From Fibrobacterota bacterium (GTDB lineage Bacteria > Fibrobacterota > Fibrobacteria > UBA11236), in contig JAYUVP010000249.1 in NCBI GenBank assembly GCA_043753995.1, positions 39,684-103,683 on the forward strand: a DNA stretch of 64,000 nt, written 5' to 3'. This document shows positions 47,252-57,017 of this stretch, piece after piece (position 1 is the stretch's first letter; each line of letters begins with the position of its first letter). Below the pieces are notes generated by a model, which saw nothing but the letters and a program-made list of their open reading frames with translations, did no database searches and was not told where the DNA came from. Made by a program: the position numbers and the translations under genes.

Positions 47252-47293
47252 GTGCACGGGCGCCATTAACTACAGCGCCCTAAGCTACGGACC

Positions 47294-47734
47294 CTATTGC
47301 GCCGATCCAAATTGGCGCACCAGGTTATCCAGGCATCCATTCCAGCCGCGATTGTGATTTTCCCTCTGTTCCACGGCTAAGAACTCGTGGGTCAAGGTCA
47401 ATTCGGTCCCTTCTTTGACCTTGCGAAAGTGCAAGGTCACCACACTTTCTTTTGCGTATGGGCTGTTCCAGGTGAAGACCAGCTTTTCACCTGGAATGAT
47501 TTCCGTGTAGATGCCTTCATGGCGGACAATTGTATCCTTGTCTTTTCGCATTCCAATCACAAAGGCGCCGCCCTGGCGAAAATCATTGGTCACCTCGGAT
47601 GACCAGCCTTGGTCGGCGAAGAACCAGCGGCACATTTCCTTGGCATCGGTGAAGGCCCGGAACACGACATCGGGCGCAAAGGGCAAAGTGCGCTTGACGA
47701 CTAGGGCTGCGGTTTGGGTGGTTGTGCTTTCCAT
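47294..47734 (-). CDS. SRPBCC family protein (Aha1/activator of Hsp90 ATPase-like domain)
   Basis: 146 aa with typical SRPBCC/AHSA1 pattern (VVKRTLPFAPDVVFRAFTD...WF; EGTELTLTHE). Classic partner of the adjacent ArsR-family regulator. Confidence 0.7.
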   Translation of the reverse strand: MESTTTQTAALVVKRTLPFAPDVVFRAFTDAKEMCRWFFADQGWSSEVTNDFRQGGAFVIGMRKDKDTIVRHEGIYTEIIPGEKLVFTWNSPYAKESVVTLHFRKVKEGTELTLTHEFLAVEQRENHNRGWNGCLDNLVRQFGSAQ

Positions 47735-47738
47735 AACA

Positions 47739-48077
47739 TCATCCTTTGGATTGGGTTTCGTGCAAATACTTTTCCAGGGCGTCGAATTGGTTCTCCCAGA
47801 ACCGTTTGTATTCCAGTAGGAGCTTGGCTACGCCTCCCAGTGGTTGGGGATTGAGGCGGCAGTGTTGAATGCGCCCTTCCTTTCTTTTGACCACGAGCTT
47901 TGCCTTTTCCAGCACCTGTATGTGCTTGGAGACTCCCGCTAGTGAAATGTCGTAGGGCTCGGCAATTTCATTGACCGTGTACTCCCGACGTGAGAGCTGC
48001 TTGAGGATGGCGCGGCGGGTGGGGTCGGCCAGGGCCATCAGAACCGTGTCTAGCGAATCGGCTTTATTATCAACCAT
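47739..48077 (-). CDS. ArsR/SmtB family transcriptional regulator
   Basis: LADPTRRAILKQLSRREYTVNEIAEPYDISLAGVSKHIQVLEKAKLV: a winged-HTH ArsR signature. Confidence 0.8.
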   Translation of the reverse strand: MVDNKADSLDTVLMALADPTRRAILKQLSRREYTVNEIAEPYDISLAGVSKHIQVLEKAKLVVKRKEGRIQHCRLNPQPLGGVAKLLLEYKRFWENQFDALEKYLHETQSKG

Positions 48078-48209
48078 GTGGTTGAATATATCACAGGAGC
48101 GAGGGGATTGTCAACTGATTGGTTGAATATTCGGGTTCGAGCCCACCGCCTCCTGGCTTTCTCGGCAGGGTTTTCATAGAATCGGCTTTGAAACCCATCC
48201 AGGCAGGCC

Positions 48210-49616
48210 GTGCTCTTTAACTCGCTGGAATTCGCCACTTTCTTCCTCGCCTTTTTCGCGATCTACTGGCTGGTGCCCGAGGCTTGGAAAAAGCCCTTAC
48301 TTCTGGCTGCCAGCCTCTGGTTCTATGCCGCTTGGGATTGGCGTTTTCTTGGCCTTATTTTCATCTCGTCGGGAACCGACTTTCTTTGCGGACTCTATAT
48401 GGCCGAGTCGGAAAGGCCTCGAGCGCGCAAAGCCTACCTGCTTATCAGCCTTGGGGTTAATCTCGGCATACTCGGCTTCTTTAAGTATTTCGGCTTTTTT
48501 CTTTCTTCCTTCCATGCCGCCTTTCCATCCGTGCCCGTGCCGGTACTCGAGATCGTCCTCCCGGTAGGCATTTCTTTTTTCACCTTCCAGAGCCTCAGCT
48601 ATACCATCGACATTTACCGGCGTCAGTTGCAGCCGGTGCCTGCATTGGACTTTTTTCTTTTCGTCACCTTTTTCCCACAACTCGTGGCAGGCCCCATAGT
48701 CCGGGCTTCCGAGTTTCTGCACCAGCTCAAAGCCCCGTTACCATGGCTCAATTGGGACTTGGTCTCGGAGGGGGCCCTCCTTTTTGCCCGAGGCTTTTGC
48801 AAAAAGGTTTTCCTGGCCAATACCTTGGCTCACTTCGCCGATCCCATTTTCGCCAATCCCAAAGACTACGGCGCCTGGGACTGCCTGCTGGCCACCTATG
48901 CTTTCGCCTTTCAGATTTATTGGGACTTTTCGGGATATACCGACATGGCCAAGGGATCCGCGCTGGCCTTTGGCTTTCGTTTCCCGGAGAATTTCAACCT
49001 TCCCTATTTGAGTGCCTCGCCACGTGAATTCTGGCGGCGATGGCATATCACTCTCTCCACCTGGTTGCGGGATTATCTGTATAAGCCCATGGGCGGGGAT
49101 AGGGTTGGCCGAACGCGTACCCTCCTCCACCTTTTTCTGACCATGGCTCTGGGTGGCTTGTGGCATGGAGCGGGATGGACCTTTATTATTTGGGGCTGCT
49201 ATCACGGGCTCTTGCTGGCTATCCAGCGCGTCATTTCCGGATCGAGAGGTTTGGACGAAAATAGGGGTAACACCTGGAATACCTGGCGCCCACTGAAAAT
49301 CTTCGTCACCTTTCACCTGATTTGCTTAGGTTGGGTTTTCTTCCGGGCGGAAAACTTGGAAAAGGCCCTGGCCTTCCTGGAACGCTTGGCAAGTAGCGAT
49401 TGGGGTTGGAGCCCGGGCCTGGGCGCGGTTGCCCTAGGCCTCCTCGCTTGTGCGGCTTGGCAAATCCTTTCTGGTCGAGTGCAGGCCCGACGTATTGCAG
49501 GGCATCCTGAGGGAGCGCTTTGGCAGGTTTTTCACCTGGCTACGACTGCCGCGGGTGTGGCCCTGGCCTTTGTCTTTTCCACTGAGAATGCCCCCTTCCT
49601 CTATTTCCAGTTCTGA
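48210..49616 (+). CDS. MBOAT family membrane-bound O-acyltransferase (AlgI/DltB-like)
   Basis: MLFNSLEFATFFLAFFAIYWL N-terminus; conserved RRWHITLSTWLRDYLY...GGLWHGAGWTFIIWGCYHG (MBOAT catalytic His region). Confidence 0.85.
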   Translation: MLFNSLEFATFFLAFFAIYWLVPEAWKKPLLLAASLWFYAAWDWRFLGLIFISSGTDFLCGLYMAESERPRARKAYLLISLGVNLGILGFFKYFGFFLSSFHAAFPSVPVPVLEIVLPVGISFFTFQSLSYTIDIYRRQLQPVPALDFFLFVTFFPQLVAGPIVRASEFLHQLKAPLPWLNWDLVSEGALLFARGFCKKVFLANTLAHFADPIFANPKDYGAWDCLLATYAFAFQIYWDFSGYTDMAKGSALAFGFRFPENFNLPYLSASPREFWRRWHITLSTWLRDYLYKPMGGDRVGRTRTLLHLFLTMALGGLWHGAGWTFIIWGCYHGLLLAIQRVISGSRGLDENRGNTWNTWRPLKIFVTFHLICLGWVFFRAENLEKALAFLERLASSDWGWSPGLGAVALGLLACAAWQILSGRVQARRIAGHPEGALWQVFHLATTAAGVALAFVFSTENAPFLYFQF

Positions 49617-49619
49617 GTC

Positions 49620-50645
49620 ATGGCCTGGTCTCCGAAAATCCGACTCGCCGCAGGCTGCATTATTTTGGCGGCCTGCCTAGCTATGGTGGAGGCCTTTGCA
49701 CGGCGCATCGTCACCACCACGCCCGCCCGCCAAGCCCTGGCGCGCTATGCCCCGGAAAGCAACAATCACGTGGTTTTCCTAGGCAGCTCCCTGACCGACG
49801 CCGCCGTGCGCACCGACCACTTGGAAGGTCTCCTCAGCTCGCGATGGCCGGGTTTCAGGGCCTTCAACTTGGCTCTCGCCGGACTCAATGGAAATGAGAA
49901 TGCTTACTTGCTCTACAAGCATTTCATCCTGCCGAGGTCACGTCCGCGCTACCTGGTGGTGGAAGCTTCGGGCATTCCCTTTCTTCCCTCTGGCGCGCCC
50001 TTCCGCCTCGAAGGCCAGGGGCTACGCGTGGAGTCTTTCCGGTCCGAATATATCGACTACCGTGACTTATGGTATTTATCGGATGGATTCCCGGGGATTG
50101 CCTCGTCCTTGTCCTATTGGCTTCACAAGCATTGGTTCTCCTACCATTACCGCCTCGAAATTCAAGCACGCCTGCGCGAGAGGCTATTTCCGACGGCTAG
50201 GGCGGACCGGAGACTATCGCGGCCAGGGAATCCCTACCGAATGGTGGACGAGGCCGCGAGGAGATTCACCGATATGGCTCGGAAGGATTTGCATCGCCTG
50301 GAAAGTATGCCCGGTAGAAACGAGGCCATGCGCCAGCGAGAGGCTCATTTCTTGGACCTCGCCACCCTGGCTCGCCAAAACGGCGCCACCTTGGTCGTTC
50401 TGAAGCCGCCGCTTCCTCCTTCAGATTCCCTGCTTGCGGCCTCTCCGGTCTTCGCGGAATACCAGCGCGCCTTCACTAGGCTTTGCGATTCCTTGGGTGT
50501 GCTGTATTTGGATTTGAGTCGCAAGGCGGACTATTCCCAGCTCTATACCTATTCCGATGGCATACACCTGGACTCGGCAGGCGCCAGGGAATTCACTTTA
50601 TGTCTAGCTGCCCGGCTTGGGGAAGGCATGGCACGGAAGCCCTAA
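49620..50645 (+). CDS. SGNH-hydrolase-like partner protein of the MBOAT acyltransferase (AlgJ/AlgX/DltD-type), N-terminal membrane anchor
   Basis: Immediately follows the MBOAT gene with a 3-bp gap. TM anchor. VVFLGSSLTDAAV (block I-like). DGIHLDSAGAREFT (block V-like DxxH). The assignment is partly contextual. Confidence 0.5.
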   Translation: MAWSPKIRLAAGCIILAACLAMVEAFARRIVTTTPARQALARYAPESNNHVVFLGSSLTDAAVRTDHLEGLLSSRWPGFRAFNLALAGLNGNENAYLLYKHFILPRSRPRYLVVEASGIPFLPSGAPFRLEGQGLRVESFRSEYIDYRDLWYLSDGFPGIASSLSYWLHKHWFSYHYRLEIQARLRERLFPTARADRRLSRPGNPYRMVDEAARRFTDMARKDLHRLESMPGRNEAMRQREAHFLDLATLARQNGATLVVLKPPLPPSDSLLAASPVFAEYQRAFTRLCDSLGVLYLDLSRKADYSQLYTYSDGIHLDSAGAREFTLCLAARLGEGMARKP

Positions 50646-50651
50646 AACCGA

Positions 50652-52088
50652 CTACACGGTGATTTGCAAGAACTTGAGTACACCCGGGCAGAGGCCCAGG
50701 GCCAGGAGGAGAATGGCTAGCACAGCCATGGCAGCCTTTGAAGCGAAAGACAAAACGATGGCCGGTCGATCGGGCTCCGAGGGGGTCAGGTAGGCCTCCT
50801 TGACCAGCATCATGTAGTAGTAGAAAGAGACCACGGCATTGAGGACGGCTAGGGTAACGAGGATGTAACGTCCCTCCGCAGCAGCGGCGGAGAAGAGCAG
50901 GAATTTGCCGAGGAATCCGGCCAGGGGCGGAATGCCCGCCAGGGAAAACATGCTTAGGGCCAGCAGCGCCGCCAAGGCGGGATTGCGGCGGCCGAGGCCG
51001 CGCAGAGAAGCCATAGTCTCCGGGCCTTCGCGGCCGATAATGCCGATGACGAAGTATAAAGCCACGCTGGTGGCACCATAGGCCACCATATTGTATTGCA
51101 AAGCGACCCGAGCGGAGGTCGCTTCGCCAGTCAAGCCCACGAGGATATAGCCCACCTGGGCGATGGAAGAATAGGCCACGAAGCGCCGCAAATGGGTTTG
51201 CCGCATGGCGCCCAAATTGCCAACGACCATGGAAAGCACAGCCGCAACGGAAAGCACAAAAGTCAGAGAGGGACGAAGGGGGTCGAGCGGTCCCAGGAAG
51301 AGGACAGCCACGGCCGCCACGGCGGTGGCCTTAGAGCCAATGGACAGAAAGGCCATCACCGGAGTGGGCGAGCCTTGATAGACGTCAGGGGCCCACATAT
51401 GCAAAGGGACCATGGCCAGCTTGAAGCCCAAGCCACCCAGAAGCAGGAAGACACCAGCCTGAAGCGGACCACTGCCTGGATTCATGGTGACGGCTTCCAT
51501 TAAGGCGGGGAAACCCAGACTACCGGCCGCGCCATACAGGAAGGACATACCGAAGAGAGTTAGGGCCGAGGAGAATCCGCCCATAAGCACATACTTGGAT
51601 CCCGCCTCGATGGAATCGCCATCCTTGGGTTGGAAGGCGGCTAGAGCATAGAGCGGCAAGGTGGCCAATTCGATACCGATATAAAGCGTGAGAAGATCCT
51701 GGGCCGAGACCACGGCGAACATGCCGAAGGTGCAAAGCAATAGCAAGGCATAAAAAGTGCCGGGACGGGTCAGCAATCCCCGGGCGCTACCGCCTTCGCG
51801 GAAATATCCGGGGGATAAAAGCACGGTCGCAAAGGTCGCGAGCAGGAAGATTTGCTTCCAAAGGCCCGCTTCCGGGGAAATACGATAGCTTCCAACCACG
51901 GTCGTTACGTCCATAGCAATCAGGACTCCCTGAAGCACGAAAACGACGACAAGCCCTAGCCAGGCGACATGGAAAATCCCGCGACCGGACTGGTGGGCTG
52001 CCTTCCCGTCTTGACCCATTTCCAGGGCTAAAACGAGAATAGACAAAGCCAGCATGGCTATCTCGGGAAGGAAGGGCAGAAAATCCAT
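50652..52088 (-). CDS. nuoN: NADH-quinone oxidoreductase subunit N
   Basis: True start MDFLPFLPEIAMLAL; the listed ORF to 52295 is an extension. 14-TM antiporter-like subunit. Last gene of the nuo operon. Confidence 0.85.
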   Translation of the reverse strand: MDFLPFLPEIAMLALSILVLALEMGQDGKAAHQSGRGIFHVAWLGLVVVFVLQGVLIAMDVTTVVGSYRISPEAGLWKQIFLLATFATVLLSPGYFREGGSARGLLTRPGTFYALLLLCTFGMFAVVSAQDLLTLYIGIELATLPLYALAAFQPKDGDSIEAGSKYVLMGGFSSALTLFGMSFLYGAAGSLGFPALMEAVTMNPGSGPLQAGVFLLLGGLGFKLAMVPLHMWAPDVYQGSPTPVMAFLSIGSKATAVAAVAVLFLGPLDPLRPSLTFVLSVAAVLSMVVGNLGAMRQTHLRRFVAYSSIAQVGYILVGLTGEATSARVALQYNMVAYGATSVALYFVIGIIGREGPETMASLRGLGRRNPALAALLALSMFSLAGIPPLAGFLGKFLLFSAAAAEGRYILVTLAVLNAVVSFYYYMMLVKEAYLTPSEPDRPAIVLSFASKAAMAVLAILLLALGLCPGVLKFLQITV

Positions 52089-52095
52089 GAAGGTC

Positions 52096-53616
52096 TTACC
52101 GGTGCAGATTGTTGAGTATGGGCTCAAGAGCTTGATCGACCAAGGAGACGATGGGGCCTGGGTAAAGACCCATGGCAAGGATGCAGAGGAGCAGTAATAC
52201 CACCGGTACCTTTTCGAGAAAGGTGGCATCTGTGAGATGGGAGTTCTCTTCTCGCTCGGGGCCATGCAAAATGGAATTGGTGGCGCGCAGCACATAGACC
52301 GCCGCCAACACGATGGAGCCGATGGCCACTGCCGTTCCCAGGCGGGATAGCAGGCTTTCGGAGGCGAAGCCTCCCAGGAAAATATTCAGCTCAGCCGCGA
52401 AGCCCGCCATGCCTGGAAGGCCTAAAGCGGCGAAACCGGCGATGGCAAAGGTTACGCCGAGAAAGGGCATTTTCGCCATGAGCCCACCCATGTCCGGGAT
52501 ATGCCGAGTATGAGTGCGGGAATAAATCATGCCGATGAGGCAGAAAACGGTGGCCGTGATAAAACCGTGGGCCAGCATTTGCAGCACGGCTCCTCGCAGG
52601 CCAATGGTGGTCATCACCGCGAGACCGACGAAGACTAAACCGCAATGGCTTACCGAAGCATAGGCATTCAAATACTTGAGGTCCTTTTGCTTAATCGCCA
52701 CCACGGCGCCCCAGACTGTGCCCGCAACAGCCAGGACGAGGAAGACGCTCATCCATTGGCTGGCGCCTTCGGGCAGCAAATACATGGCAATGCGCAGGCA
52801 GCCATAACTGCCCAATTTCATATGCACGCCGGCCAGGAGCATGGAAATGGCCGTGGGTGCGGAGGCATGGCCGTCAGGCGACCAAATATGGAAGGGGAAC
52901 ATATTCCCGAGTATGCCGAAGCCCAGGAATAGGGCGGGGAAAGCCCACATCTGAAAAGAGCGATCGAAAGGGATTTGCGAGAGTTCGAGTATGTCGAAGC
53001 TGCGAATGCCGCTCTGAAAGAAAAGCCCGAGTATGCCCACTAGGATGAGAGCGCTTCCGCCCATGAGCATGAGGTTCAACTTCATGGCGGCGTATTCTTT
53101 GCGTCCGCTGCCGAAGAGTCCGATGAGGAGATAGGTGGGAATGAGGGTGAGCTCATTGAAAACGAAAAAGGCGAAAAGATCAAAGGAGATAAAGCTCCCG
53201 AAGACGCCTGCTGCGAGAACCTGGAAGAGGATGAAGAATTCCTTGGTCTTGTCCGTAATATTCCAGCTGGCTATAGTGCCTGTGAAAACAATCACGGCGG
53301 CCAAAACCATGAGGGTCATGGAAATCGCATCCACGCCGATCTGATAATAGATGTTTAAAGACGTGAACCAGGGAAGCTTGGTGGCAAAGGCCAAGGCCGA
53401 TCGGGTCGATCCCACTTCGGCGACAGGCGGATTCATCGCGAAGGCGATGGCCAGAAAGACCACGAGGGCGAGAACGGCAGCATTGGCGGCGAGGCTAAAG
53501 CGGCGAATGGCCTTGGCATTGCCAGCGGGCATGGCCATGAGCACCAAGGCCGAGGCCAGGGGTAATACCCAGGTGAGGGTCAGGAGCGAGCTTCCCATGG
53601 AACCCAATGCGTCCAT
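52096..53616 (-). CDS. nuoM: NADH-quinone oxidoreductase subunit M
   Basis: Start MDALGSMGSSLLTLTWVL overlaps the nuoL stop (ATGA). Antiporter-like family. Positionally between nuoL and nuoN. Confidence 0.85.
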   Translation of the reverse strand: MDALGSMGSSLLTLTWVLPLASALVLMAMPAGNAKAIRRFSLAANAAVLALVVFLAIAFAMNPPVAEVGSTRSALAFATKLPWFTSLNIYYQIGVDAISMTLMVLAAVIVFTGTIASWNITDKTKEFFILFQVLAAGVFGSFISFDLFAFFVFNELTLIPTYLLIGLFGSGRKEYAAMKLNLMLMGGSALILVGILGLFFQSGIRSFDILELSQIPFDRSFQMWAFPALFLGFGILGNMFPFHIWSPDGHASAPTAISMLLAGVHMKLGSYGCLRIAMYLLPEGASQWMSVFLVLAVAGTVWGAVVAIKQKDLKYLNAYASVSHCGLVFVGLAVMTTIGLRGAVLQMLAHGFITATVFCLIGMIYSRTHTRHIPDMGGLMAKMPFLGVTFAIAGFAALGLPGMAGFAAELNIFLGGFASESLLSRLGTAVAIGSIVLAAVYVLRATNSILHGPEREENSHLTDATFLEKVPVVLLLLCILAMGLYPGPIVSLVDQALEPILNNLHR

Positions 53617-55670
53617 CAGTGAATCGCCCTTCCGAGGAGATAAAGGAGAATGAGACCTAACATGGCGACAGCGATATACCGTTGCACTTGTCCATTCTGG
53701 AAACGGCATTGGAAGGCGGCGAAGCGCTTGAGCAGGCCGCTGCCGGCATCGAAAGAGCCATTGATGAGGGTGCGCTCGATACGATTTAATGGCGAGGCAA
53801 TCAGGCGACCCCCGACAACTCGAACCACGATCAGATAAAGCTCATCGATAAAAAACTTGTTGTGGATGAGGCGAAACCAGGCCGGTGATTGGCCCTCGGG
53901 ATAGCCCACCTTGCGGTTTTTTCCGGCGTAGAAAAACCAGCCTACTCCCGCACCCACAACTGCGAGGCCAATGGCCACTAGCGGCAGCCAAGCGAAGTGC
54001 GCGCCATGGCCTTCCGCTGCCGCCAGGAAGGAGGGAGGAATCACATTCGCGACGAAGAAATCTTTGGCGAACCAGCCGATGAGGGCGCTGGGCAAGGCCA
54101 AAATAAGGATGGGCAAAACCATCAGCAAGCCTTCGTGGGTCTTGGGCGCATGGGCAGAGGCATGTGACGCGGAGTGAGAATGTTCCTTGGCATGCGCCGT
54201 CTCATGGCCAGGGCCATGAAAAACGAGGAGGAAATAGCGGGTCATGTAAAAGGCGGTGAGGCCGCCCGTGAATAGGCAAGCCAGGAAAGAAGCGTAATGA
54301 CCATTGGCCAAGGCGGCTGTCATGATTTCTTCCTTAGAGAAAAAGCCCGAAAAGGGTGGGAAGCCCGCGAGAGCCAGCACAGCGATGAGGGTCGCGCCAT
54401 AGGTCATGGGCAACCGCTTGCGCATGCCACCTGCGTCACGAATATCATTGCTGTGAATGGCATGAATGATGACGCCCGCCGAAAGGAAAAGCAGGCATTT
54501 GAAAAAGGCATGGGTGAAGACATGGAACATGGAGGCCGTGAAGGCAAGGGGACTCGCAGCATGGGCCGCCGCACCGATGCTGGCTTCGGGGGCCCCGGCT
54601 CCCAAAGAAGCCATCATGAGGCCAAGTTGAGACAAGGTCGAGAAGGCGAGTATGCGCTTCAAGTCGGTTTGGGTGCAGGCGATGACGGCGGCGAAAACCG
54701 CCGTGAAGGAGCCCGTGATTTCCACCACGCTCAAGGTGCCTTGCGCCGCTGAGAACAAAGGATAAAGCCTTGCGGTGAGGAAAATTCCCGCGACCACCAT
54801 GGTGGCCGAATGAATTAAAGAGGAAACGGGAGTAGGCCCTTCCATGGCATCGGGCAACCAACCATGAAGCGGGAACATGGCTGACTTTCCCCAGGCTCCA
54901 GCATAGATGAGTACGGTCCCCAAGGTGAGTAGGTTCACGGTAAAGAGCCCCACGCTGGCGCTGTGATTGAGGGCCGAGGCGGCGCCGTGACTATTCACCA
55001 ACAGGAAGTCGAAGCCATTCGCTTGCAGGCCGACGAGGAGCACGCCCATGAGGAAGAAGGCATCGGCGAAGCGAGTCATGATGAAGGCTTTTTTGCTGGC
55101 GGCCACCGCCGAGGGCTTTCGATACCAAAAACCGATGAGCAGATAAGAGGCGACGCCCACCAGTTCCCAGAAGAAAAAAGTCTGAATGAGATTACTGGCG
55201 ACCACGAGACCGAGCATGGCGAAGGTGAAAAAGGAAAGAGTGGGAAAGAAACGTCCGGCTGCGGGATCACCGTGCATGTAACCGATCGAATAGACATGCA
55301 CCAGGAAGGAGATGAAGGAGACGACGAGGACCATCATCACCGATATGGGATCGAGGTAAAAGCCGAGCTTGGCGGCCTGGGCCGTGCCTGGGCCAAAGGA
55401 CATCCAGACATGGTCGAAGGCCACCGCGATATTGCCGGGGAAATTCGCATTGCCCAGGATCTCGGAGCGATAACCCAGGGCGAGAATCACAGCCATGACC
55501 AAGGTCACACCCATGAGAATGGCGGCAGTCCAACCCGAAGCCGTGGCATTCTTACGCCCCAGCCAGAGGCCATTGAACACGAAGGAAAGCAGGGGCAAAG
55601 CCAGCACGCCATAAGCGGCTAGAGTCATAGTCCCCGCCGAAGCGAGAGAGGAGAAGGGCGTATCAACCAT
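53616..55670 (-). CDS. nuoL: NADH-quinone oxidoreductase subunit L
   Basis: Start MVDTPFSSLASAGTMTLAAYGVLALPLL is preferred; the listed 55823 start would overlap nuoK by 160 bp. Long antiporter-like subunit with C-terminal extension. Confidence 0.8.
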   Translation of the reverse strand: MVDTPFSSLASAGTMTLAAYGVLALPLLSFVFNGLWLGRKNATASGWTAAILMGVTLVMAVILALGYRSEILGNANFPGNIAVAFDHVWMSFGPGTAQAAKLGFYLDPISVMMVLVVSFISFLVHVYSIGYMHGDPAAGRFFPTLSFFTFAMLGLVVASNLIQTFFFWELVGVASYLLIGFWYRKPSAVAASKKAFIMTRFADAFFLMGVLLVGLQANGFDFLLVNSHGAASALNHSASVGLFTVNLLTLGTVLIYAGAWGKSAMFPLHGWLPDAMEGPTPVSSLIHSATMVVAGIFLTARLYPLFSAAQGTLSVVEITGSFTAVFAAVIACTQTDLKRILAFSTLSQLGLMMASLGAGAPEASIGAAAHAASPLAFTASMFHVFTHAFFKCLLFLSAGVIIHAIHSNDIRDAGGMRKRLPMTYGATLIAVLALAGFPPFSGFFSKEEIMTAALANGHYASFLACLFTGGLTAFYMTRYFLLVFHGPGHETAHAKEHSHSASHASAHAPKTHEGLLMVLPILILALPSALIGWFAKDFFVANVIPPSFLAAAEGHGAHFAWLPLVAIGLAVVGAGVGWFFYAGKNRKVGYPEGQSPAWFRLIHNKFFIDELYLIVVRVVGGRLIASPLNRIERTLINGSFDAGSGLLKRFAAFQCRFQNGQVQRYIAVAMLGLILLYLLGRAIH

Positions 55671-55986
55671 GCAGCCCGTCCAAATCCACGATGTCGAGGC
55701 TGCGGCGATAGCGATGCAGGGCGATGACGATGGCGAGGGCCAAAGCCATTTCCGCTGCGGTGACGGCCACGGCGAATAAGGCGAAGATGGGCCCGGCTTC
55801 GCTGTCTCGGCCTGCCACACCAATACTCGTGCCGAAGCGGGCGAAAGCGATGAAGTTGATCAAGGCCGCATTCACCATGAGCTCCAGGGACATGAGGGCG
55901 GCGATCATATTGCGCCGCGTGAGAAGGCCGTAGGCGCCGATGGCGAAAAGCAAGGACGAAACGACGAGACAAACCGTGAGATTCAT
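55663..55986 (-). CDS. nuoK: NADH-quinone oxidoreductase subunit K
   Basis: 107 aa, three TM helices, MNLTVCLVVSSLLFAIGAYGLLTRRNMIAALMSLELMVNA. Confidence 0.85.
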   Translation of the reverse strand: MNLTVCLVVSSLLFAIGAYGLLTRRNMIAALMSLELMVNAALINFIAFARFGTSIGVAGRDSEAGPIFALFAVAVTAAEMALALAIVIALHRYRRSLDIVDLDGLHG

Positions 55987-56522
55987 GCGCTCGGCTCCGA
56001 TCCAGGCTTGCTCGGGGCTTCTACTCGGCCTTGCCGGGCAATGGCAATGGCGCCGACCATGGCGGCTAGAAGCAAGACGGAGATGAGCTCGAAAGGCACT
56101 AGGAATCCGTTGGGTCCTGGGTCCAGAAGGCGGAGGCCCAAGGATTTCACCGCAGCAATATTCCCTTGAGCAGATTCCGAACTAGGACCAGTCCCTCGGG
56201 AGACCCCGGCGAGTACGGCCAGGGTCGCCAACGAAAGCCCCAGGGCGGCCCAGGCCTTGGGGCGGGCAGGGGAGGGCATTTTCCCACCGAGCTCCGAGGT
56301 CAGGAGCACGGCATACAGAACGAAAATTAGGATGCCGCCGATATAGACCATCACCTGCACCAGGGCCACGAGTTCCGCCTGAAGCAGGATGAAAAGAATG
56401 GCGGTGCAAAAGAGCACGCCGAGTAGGGACAGGGCAGCCCGGAATAGATTACTGGCCGCCACGGTGAGCATGGCCAGGCCCAAAAGAACGGAGCAGACAC
56501 CATAAAAGAACAGGTCACGCAC
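55983..56522 (-). CDS. nuoJ: NADH-quinone oxidoreductase subunit J
   Basis: 179 aa hydrophobic, VQVMVYIGGILIFVLY motif; operon position. Confidence 0.8.
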   Translation of the reverse strand: MRDLFFYGVCSVLLGLAMLTVAASNLFRAALSLLGVLFCTAILFILLQAELVALVQVMVYIGGILIFVLYAVLLTSELGGKMPSPARPKAWAALGLSLATLAVLAGVSRGTGPSSESAQGNIAAVKSLGLRLLDPGPNGFLVPFELISVLLLAAMVGAIAIARQGRVEAPSKPGSEPSA

Positions 56523-56525
56523 GAG

Positions 56526-57008
56526 TTACCTGCCCTCTTTCTTGTTCAGGATCAAGTCCAATTCTTCCCGGGTCTTGGTGGCCATTTCGAAATCATGTCC
56601 CATGCGTATGGCGTCGAAAGGGCAGGCTTCGATGCAAAGATTGCAGAGGGTGCAGGAGGAGAGGCGGTACACATATTCGCCCAGGACTTTTTTTCCGGCG
56701 AGGTTGCGGGTATTAAGAACCGAAATGCTGCCATTGGGGCAGGCTTTTTCGCACAGGGTACAGCCGGTACAATTGTGATCGTCGTTCTCATCATGGGGCA
56801 TGACCACGCGACCACGGTAGGGTTCCGGGAATTTCAAAGTCTCGCGATTCTCGGGGTATTGCCTTGTCACTATTCTGGAAGGGCGGGAAATATATCGGAA
56901 GGTGACGCCCATGCCCTGGAGTAGGGCGACCAAGTCTCGCCACACTCGTCCAAGGGTGAATCGGCCCTCGGCGATGGCCACATCACGGGATTGAGTTTCC
57001 GTGCTCAT
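56526..57008 (-). CDS. nuoI: NADH-quinone oxidoreductase subunit I (2x[4Fe-4S])
   Basis: CTGCTLCEKACP and CTLCNLCIEACP ferredoxin motifs. Confidence 0.85.
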   Translation of the reverse strand: MSTETQSRDVAIAEGRFTLGRVWRDLVALLQGMGVTFRYISRPSRIVTRQYPENRETLKFPEPYRGRVVMPHDENDDHNCTGCTLCEKACPNGSISVLNTRNLAGKKVLGEYVYRLSSCTLCNLCIEACPFDAIRMGHDFEMATKTREELDLILNKKEGR

Positions 57009-57017
57009 GGTTGCCTC

